A stretch of DNA of 51,775 nucleotides, taken from positions 1 through 51,775 of the forward strand of contig CANQZK010000001.1 of the NCBI GenBank assembly GCA_947628285.1, written 5' to 3'. Below are positions 46,940 through 51,775 of the stretch, in pieces. Numbering within the stretch: position 1 is the stretch's first letter; every line of letters starts with the position of its first letter. Source of the stretch: an uncultured Muribaculaceae bacterium (GTDB lineage Bacteria > Bacteroidota > Bacteroidia > Bacteroidales > Muribaculaceae). The notes under the pieces were generated by a model. That model was given only the letters and a program-made list of their open reading frames with translations. It was not told where the DNA came from and searched no databases. The position numbers were made by a program, and so were the translations under genes.

Positions 46940-49900
46940 TTACTGCACGCTGACCTTGCGGCCGCCGGCAATGTAGATGCCTGCGGGGAGGCCGTCGGTG
47001 GCGGTGGCGGCGGGTACGTTGCCGCGCAGCTTCACGCCGTAGAGGTTGTAGACGTCAACCTTGCGGTCCGGGTCGGAGATTTCGATATCCTCAACCGAGG
47101 CGGGGTCGCCGTAGAAGAGGCGGAAGTTGTCAAAGCATGTCCAGTCCGAGCCGCAGCTCTCGGTCTTGCGGACGCCTACGCGCAGGGTGCCGGTCTGAGT
47201 CAGTGTCACCGATACGCGGTTGTCGCCGTAGAAGTGCTTGGTGTTGAAGGCCGTGTTGGCCTCGGTGACGTTGTCCGGGAAGGTGTATGGGCTGGCGGTA
47301 TAGTCGGTGCTGCCGTCGTAGAGGCTCATGAAGGGCTCAGCGGCGTCGTTGAGGTAGAGCGACGCCAACAGGCGTTCGCCGCCGTCGGTGTGCAGCTTGA
47401 CAGCTTCCTTGCCGCCGTTGCGGTAGAAGCCGGAGCAGGTCAGGGTGTAGGTGCCGGCGGGCATGGCGTCAAGCTCCTGCCAGGTGTCGAAGGTCTTGTT
47501 CCAGTGTTCGGCCACGCCCATTTTGGTGGCTGTGAAACCGGTGCCGTTCCAGCCGTCGCCGTTGTTGTCCTTGAAGTCGGGGTTGATGAGCATGGAGGTG
47601 ATTTCGCTGTTTGCGGCGTCCTGTACCTGCTGGAGGTTGTAGCGCTCGGTGGCGGCTTTAAGAGCCTCCAGGGCCTCGTTGATGGCGGTCAGAAGCTTGC
47701 CCACGGTGCGGTTCTTGACAGCTTCGTCGGCCTTGGCAAGGGCCTCGGTGAAGATGGCCGAGCCGGTGGCGCGGGCGCGTGCCACGGCCTTGTCCAGCTT
47801 GTCGCGGTTCTCGAGCATGAGGTATTCATCCTCGGTCAGCGTCATCACCGAACCGTGCTGGAAGCGGCCGTTGCCGCCCAGATTGACGGCGCCGGTGGTG
47901 TTGAGGCCCATGTGGTCGGTCTCGCACACCTTGTAGGCCGAGCCGCCGGTGTAGCGCATGTAGTAGAGGTTATAGTCGTCCTCGTCGATGCGACGCACGG
48001 TGGTGCTGCCTTCCACCAGCTCGTTGCCCTCGTTGGTCATGTGGCTGATTTCAGTCCAGGGGCTGCCGGTGAGGGCGGGCGATGTCAGCTGGTATACGCC
48101 GCGGTCGCTGCCCGATGCGCCCTCGTGCTTGAGCCACATGTGGTAGAGGCCGTCGTATTCGTTGTATACTATGTCGCCGTCAATCACGCTGTAGCCGGGG
48201 TCGTGGAATATGCGGGGCTGGGTCAGGGTCTTGAAGTCGCGGTCGGCGTAGCTGTAGACGATGCGGTCATGGTTATCGCCCTCGTTGGAGGACAGGACGG
48301 AGTAGTACACCAGGTAGCCGCCCTTGCCGTCAAATGCGCGGGCGTCCCAGATGAACTGGGGGGCCCATACGCGGCGAATCTTGGCGTATTCGGCATCGGT
48401 CTTGTACACGCCGTCGGTGGCGTCGGGGTCGGAGAAGATGGAGCGACCCTTGCGGAAGTCGAATACGGTGCTTTCCCAGTGCAGCATGTCGGTGGAGCGC
48501 AGCAGGTCTATGCCGTAGTTGTTCCATACGCCCGAGTTGGCGTTGCACATGTCGGTGGTGACCATGAAGTACTCGTCGGGACGCTGTCCGCGGTCCATGT
48601 AGGCGTCGCGGGTGCCGTGCTCGATGCCGGCCAGGGCGCCGGTGTCAAACACCTCGGCGCCGTTGAACAGCTCGTTGAACACGCGACCCTTGTCCTCGCG
48701 GGTGCCCAGGGCGTAGTTGGTGATTTCCTTGGTGCTGTTCATGTAGCAGTAGAGGTAGCCGTAGCGGTCGTCGGAGGGCGCCAGGGTGATGGGGAAGTCG
48801 ATGGTGCCGGTAGCGCCGTCGGTGCTGCGTACGGTGGCCGTGAGCGTGCCGGCGGCGCGTTCAGCGGTGCCCTTGGGGGCGGCCGATGCGTCCAGACGGG
48901 CCGACCACAGCGAGGTGTTCAGCTCCAGGCCTTCGGCGGCGTCGCGCAGGCTCCATTCCAGGCTGTGGCCCTGACGGGTGGCCATGGGCAGTGCGGCGTG
49001 CGAGCGCAGGTGGTTCAGGCGGTTCTGCAGGTCGGACATGGAGGCCTTGATATCAGCCAGTGTGGCGGCCGAGAGGGGCTCGCCGGGCACCTTGGTGATG
49101 TCCGATACCTTGAATTTCAGCACGGTGAGCGAGCCGGCGGGAGCGTTGAAGGAGGCCTTGCCGGCGGCGTCGACTGTCACGGTGCCGTCTGCGGGCACAA
49201 CCTTATGGGGCGCTGCGGCGGTGTTCTCGTCGTTGATGTCGGCCGATGTCAGCACGGTTGATGTGCCTGACACGAATTTGGCGTTGGCAAGGTTGAGGGT
49301 CACGGGGTGGTCCTCGGCGCCGTAGTTGACGGCCTTGACGTAGAGCGTGCCGTCGGCGTCGTCGATGTTGGCCGAGAGGTAAAGGTGACGCTCGGCGGGG
49401 ATGTCGATGTCATGGATAAGCTGGTCGTCCAGATAGCACTGCATGCGACCGGCGGCCACCACGATGCGGCCGCGGTAGGTGTGGCCGGTCTCGATCGAGC
49501 CGTTGGCCGAGCCGTACTGAGTCTTGGTGCCGCCGCGGCTCAGCTCCACAGCGTGGCGGGTGTTGCCCCAGCCGCCTATGTTCCACCAAATGAAGTCCTT
49601 GTCCGAGCCGTAGTTGAAGGCAATCAGGAAGCCCTCGGCGCCCTCGGTCTTGGTGGCGTCGAACTCAAAGATGAATTCGTCCGGGGCCTCGGCCGCGCTG
49701 ACGGCGATAGTGCCCTGCGAGCCGCCGTCGGTCTGCGTGAGGCGTCCGTTCTGCACGGCCCAGCCGGCGGGCAGGGTCCAGTCGGCGGGTTTGGAATCGA
49801 ATTTCTGCTCGAAAACGGTCTTGCCGCTCAGGTCCGTCACCTTTACGTTGTCGAACCACGCCTTGGTGCTCCAGGTGGAGAAGCCCACGCGGTGGCCGGT

Positions 49901-51526
49901 GGTGCGGAGGTTGCCGGATTCGGTCCAGCGCACGTTCTCCTTGCCCACGTTGTTGGGCATGAGCTGCTGCACGTAGTACGACGGTGTGCCGTAGCTGCGC
50001 TCGGAGTCGAAGCGGATCATGTCGGGCATCCACTTCTGGTCGTTCTCGTTGACAAAGATGGGCGCGTAGCTGTTCATGACGCAGATGTCCGAGTTGCGTT
50101 CCATGCCCAGCATGTAGATGGCCTCGCCCAGGGCTGCGCGGAGCGTTCCGGTGGTGCCGAAATCGCTGGTCACGGCATATTCGCCGGCGTATACCTTGGG
50201 CCCGCGGCGGTTGTAGGAGTCATATTTGGTGTATGTGGCGGCAAACCAGTCCGGGTTGCGGTAGTAGTGCTCGTCCACGGCGTCGACGGGGTGGTTGTTG
50301 CGCCACGAGGGGTTGTCGGTGCCCCATGCCTCGACGTTGCCTATGATGAGCATGTCGGGCCATTGGGCCTTGATGGCGTCGTAGAAGGCGCGGTAGCGCT
50401 CAGCGTAGTGGTCGCTCTGCTGGCCGGCGTCGGTCTGGTAGTTCTCGTTGCCGATTTCAATCAGACGCAGCCCGAAGGGTTCGGGGTGGCCGTTGGCGGC
50501 GCGGACGGCGCCCCACTTGGTGTCGGTGCCGCCGTTGCAGTACTCGATGGCGTCAAGGGCCTCGTCGATGGACTCGTCAATCTGGTCGTAGGGCACGCTC
50601 CAGCCGTGGCCCAGGCCTATGTTGACCACATAGAGGGGCTCGGCGCCGAGGTCCTCGGTGAGTTGGAGCATCTCATGGAAGCCCAGGCCGTCGCTCACGC
50701 GGTAGCCCCAGTTGACGTTCATGTGGCCGGGACGGGTCTCGACCGGGCCGATGGTCTTTTTCCACTCAAAGCGGTTGCGGTCGCCGTCGCGGTGGGTGCC
50801 TTCGATGTAGCAGCCGCCGGGGAAGCGGACAAAGGCGGGTTTCATGGCCTGGAGCTTCTCGGCCAGGTCAATGCGGCAGCCGTTGGGACGGTCCTTGAAG
50901 GTGGGCGGGAACAGGCTGACCATGTCCAGCGTCAGCGAGCCGGCCTTGGAACCCGTGAGGCGCAGCCGGGCCTTGGGAGCGGAGGCCGCAGGGGTGATGA
51001 CGGCGGTGTACTTGGTCCACTCGCCGCCGGCATTAACGGTGATGTCGGCGCTGCCTAACACACGGTCGCCGTCGGTCAGGGCGGCGGTGAGCTTGCCGTT
51101 GTAGCCGGCCTTTGAGCGCGCCCACAGCGAGAAGGTGTAGGGCTGTCCCTGCACGGCGTTGATGCCCCAGAAGCCGGAATTGACCACGCCGTCGCCGGCA
51201 GCGGCAAGTGTCAGGTCAAGGGCGCGGCGCTGGGCCGTATTGAGCAGGTCGGCTGTGGTGAGCGACATGGTGGCGCCGCCCACGGCGGTCCAGGCTTCGG
51301 GGGTGGAAGCGTCTTCGAATGAGCGGTTGCGAACCAGCTCGGCGTAGAGGCCGCCGTCACCGGCATGGTTGATTTCTTCAAAGAAAATTCCGTAGTGGAG
51401 GTCGCCGATGGCGGTGCCGCGGTGACCGGCGTCGATGTTGAAGGTCACCTGAGCCATGGACGACAAGCCGAGCGCGGCACAGAGCAACAGAGCCGGCGCC
51501 CGTTTGATAGAAAGGTTAGGAATCAT
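46940..51526 (-). CDS. Multimodular GH51 alpha-L-arabinofuranosidase + GH43-like glycosidase with T9SS-type C-terminal tail
   Basis: Signal peptide; GH51 YGIFFEEINHAGDGGLYAELVRNRSFE, RFPGGC, IGNEN, DEHYY, GEYA; GH43 propeller RDAY, WAPQ, IDGDI, EG, HG; C-terminal DVYNLYG...GIYIAGGRKV. Confidence 0.88.
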   Translation of the reverse strand: MIPNLSIKRAPALLLCAALGLSSMAQVTFNIDAGHRGTAIGDLHYGIFFEEINHAGDGGLYAELVRNRSFEDASTPEAWTAVGGATMSLTTADLLNTAQRRALDLTLAAAGDGVVNSGFWGINAVQGQPYTFSLWARSKAGYNGKLTAALTDGDRVLGSADITVNAGGEWTKYTAVITPAASAPKARLRLTGSKAGSLTLDMVSLFPPTFKDRPNGCRIDLAEKLQAMKPAFVRFPGGCYIEGTHRDGDRNRFEWKKTIGPVETRPGHMNVNWGYRVSDGLGFHEMLQLTEDLGAEPLYVVNIGLGHGWSVPYDQIDESIDEALDAIEYCNGGTDTKWGAVRAANGHPEPFGLRLIEIGNENYQTDAGQQSDHYAERYRAFYDAIKAQWPDMLIIGNVEAWGTDNPSWRNNHPVDAVDEHYYRNPDWFAATYTKYDSYNRRGPKVYAGEYAVTSDFGTTGTLRAALGEAIYMLGMERNSDICVMNSYAPIFVNENDQKWMPDMIRFDSERSYGTPSYYVQQLMPNNVGKENVRWTESGNLRTTGHRVGFSTWSTKAWFDNVKVTDLSGKTVFEQKFDSKPADWTLPAGWAVQNGRLTQTDGGSQGTIAVSAAEAPDEFIFEFDATKTEGAEGFLIAFNYGSDKDFIWWNIGGWGNTRHAVELSRGGTKTQYGSANGSIETGHTYRGRIVVAAGRMQCYLDDQLIHDIDIPAERHLYLSANIDDADGTLYVKAVNYGAEDHPVTLNLANAKFVSGTSTVLTSADINDENTAAAPHKVVPADGTVTVDAAGKASFNAPAGSLTVLKFKVSDITKVPGEPLSAATLADIKASMSDLQNRLNHLRSHAALPMATRQGHSLEWSLRDAAEGLELNTSLWSARLDASAAPKGTAERAAGTLTATVRSTDGATGTIDFPITLAPSDDRYGYLYCYMNSTKEITNYALGTREDKGRVFNELFNGAEVFDTGALAGIEHGTRDAYMDRGQRPDEYFMVTTDMCNANSGVWNNYGIDLLRSTDMLHWESTVFDFRKGRSIFSDPDATDGVYKTDAEYAKIRRVWAPQFIWDARAFDGKGGYLVYYSVLSSNEGDNHDRIVYSYADRDFKTLTQPRIFHDPGYSVIDGDIVYNEYDGLYHMWLKHEGASGSDRGVYQLTSPALTGSPWTEISHMTNEGNELVEGSTTVRRIDEDDYNLYYMRYTGGSAYKVCETDHMGLNTTGAVNLGGNGRFQHGSVMTLTEDEYLMLENRDKLDKAVARARATGSAIFTEALAKADEAVKNRTVGKLLTAINEALEALKAATERYNLQQVQDAANSEITSMLINPDFKDNNGDGWNGTGFTATKMGVAEHWNKTFDTWQELDAMPAGTYTLTCSGFYRNGGKEAVKLHTDGGERLLASLYLNDAAEPFMSLYDGSTDYTASPYTFPDNVTEANTAFNTKHFYGDNRVSVTLTQTGTLRVGVRKTESCGSDWTCFDNFRLFYGDPASVEDIEISDPDRKVDVYNLYGVKLRGNVPAATATDGLPAGIYIAGGRKVSVQ

Positions 51527-51561
51527 GGATGGTATTATGAATATTAAGGTGTTGCAGGCTA

Positions 51562-51596
51562 CAAAGTTAGCGCAAATTTCAGGGGCGGCAAAGTTA
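51562..51596 (-). promoter_or_regulatory. Promoter(s) of the GH51-GH43 gene
   Basis: TAACTTTG at 51569-51562 with TTTG 19 nt upstream; that TTTG belongs to a second TAACTTTG (51596-51589). Confidence 0.65.
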
Positions 51597-51618
51597 AAAA
51601 AGCATAATCGGCGGATAG

Positions 51619-51694
51619 TAGGGCCTATAGGGCCAATAGGGCCAATGGGGAGGCTGCGCCGGGCCGCGCGGTCTATTGGCCTTATTGGGCCTAT
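51619..51694. repeat. 9-bp tandem repeats in inverted arrangement
   Basis: (TAGGGCC(T/A)A)x3 at about 51619-51649, facing GGTCTATTGGCCTTATTGGGCCTAT at 51670-51694. Confidence 0.65.
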
Positions 51695-51775
51695 CCCTGT
51701 TAACGCGAGTTCGGGATAACGATATCCAACTCGGCGACATTACATTTAGGCATGAATTATCGGGCGGCCAGTCCT

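Noticed and set aside
51456-51719. 87-aa ORF with GPIGPIGPMG collagen-like motif
   Set aside because: It is the translation of the intergenic 9-mer repeat and overlaps the start and promoter of the GH51 gene in antisense.

Overview
High-GC Bacteroidales chromosome segment, probably Muribaculaceae (inferred from TAnnTTTG -7 promoters, gene content and codon style). It is mostly housekeeping: comM-like ATPase, rnhA, AlaDH-like gene, aroK, mscL, carboxyspermidine dehydrogenase, FNT channel, xerD, rimP-nusA-infB-folK, TamL/BamA-family lipoprotein, carAB, ftsX-DUF3098-uppP-truB-queA, an RND efflux operon, meaB, recA, tcdA, dtd-uvrC-apt-mnmG-ybeY, a nucleoside kinase, a mannose-1-P guanylyltransferase and a 1528-aa GH51+GH43 enzyme. 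No CRISPR, prophage, rRNA or tRNA was seen, and no complete novel multi-gene system is demonstrable. The most notable non-standard items are: (1) an old tandem duplication (nusA end, spacer, infB 5' end) leaving a stand-alone, synonymously diverged IF2 N-terminal-domain gene between nusA and infB; (2) a RAYT-like HUH transposase with a REPIN-like inverted hairpin pair, apparently interrupted at its catalytic Tyr codon; (3) a 33-bp-period palindromic array directly after xerD; (4) a parS site next to mnmG and a 171-bp head-to-head 9-mer array upstream of ybeY-mnmG; (5) an AlaDH homolog lacking key catalytic and NAD-binding motifs. Family assignments come from motif recognition, not database searches.
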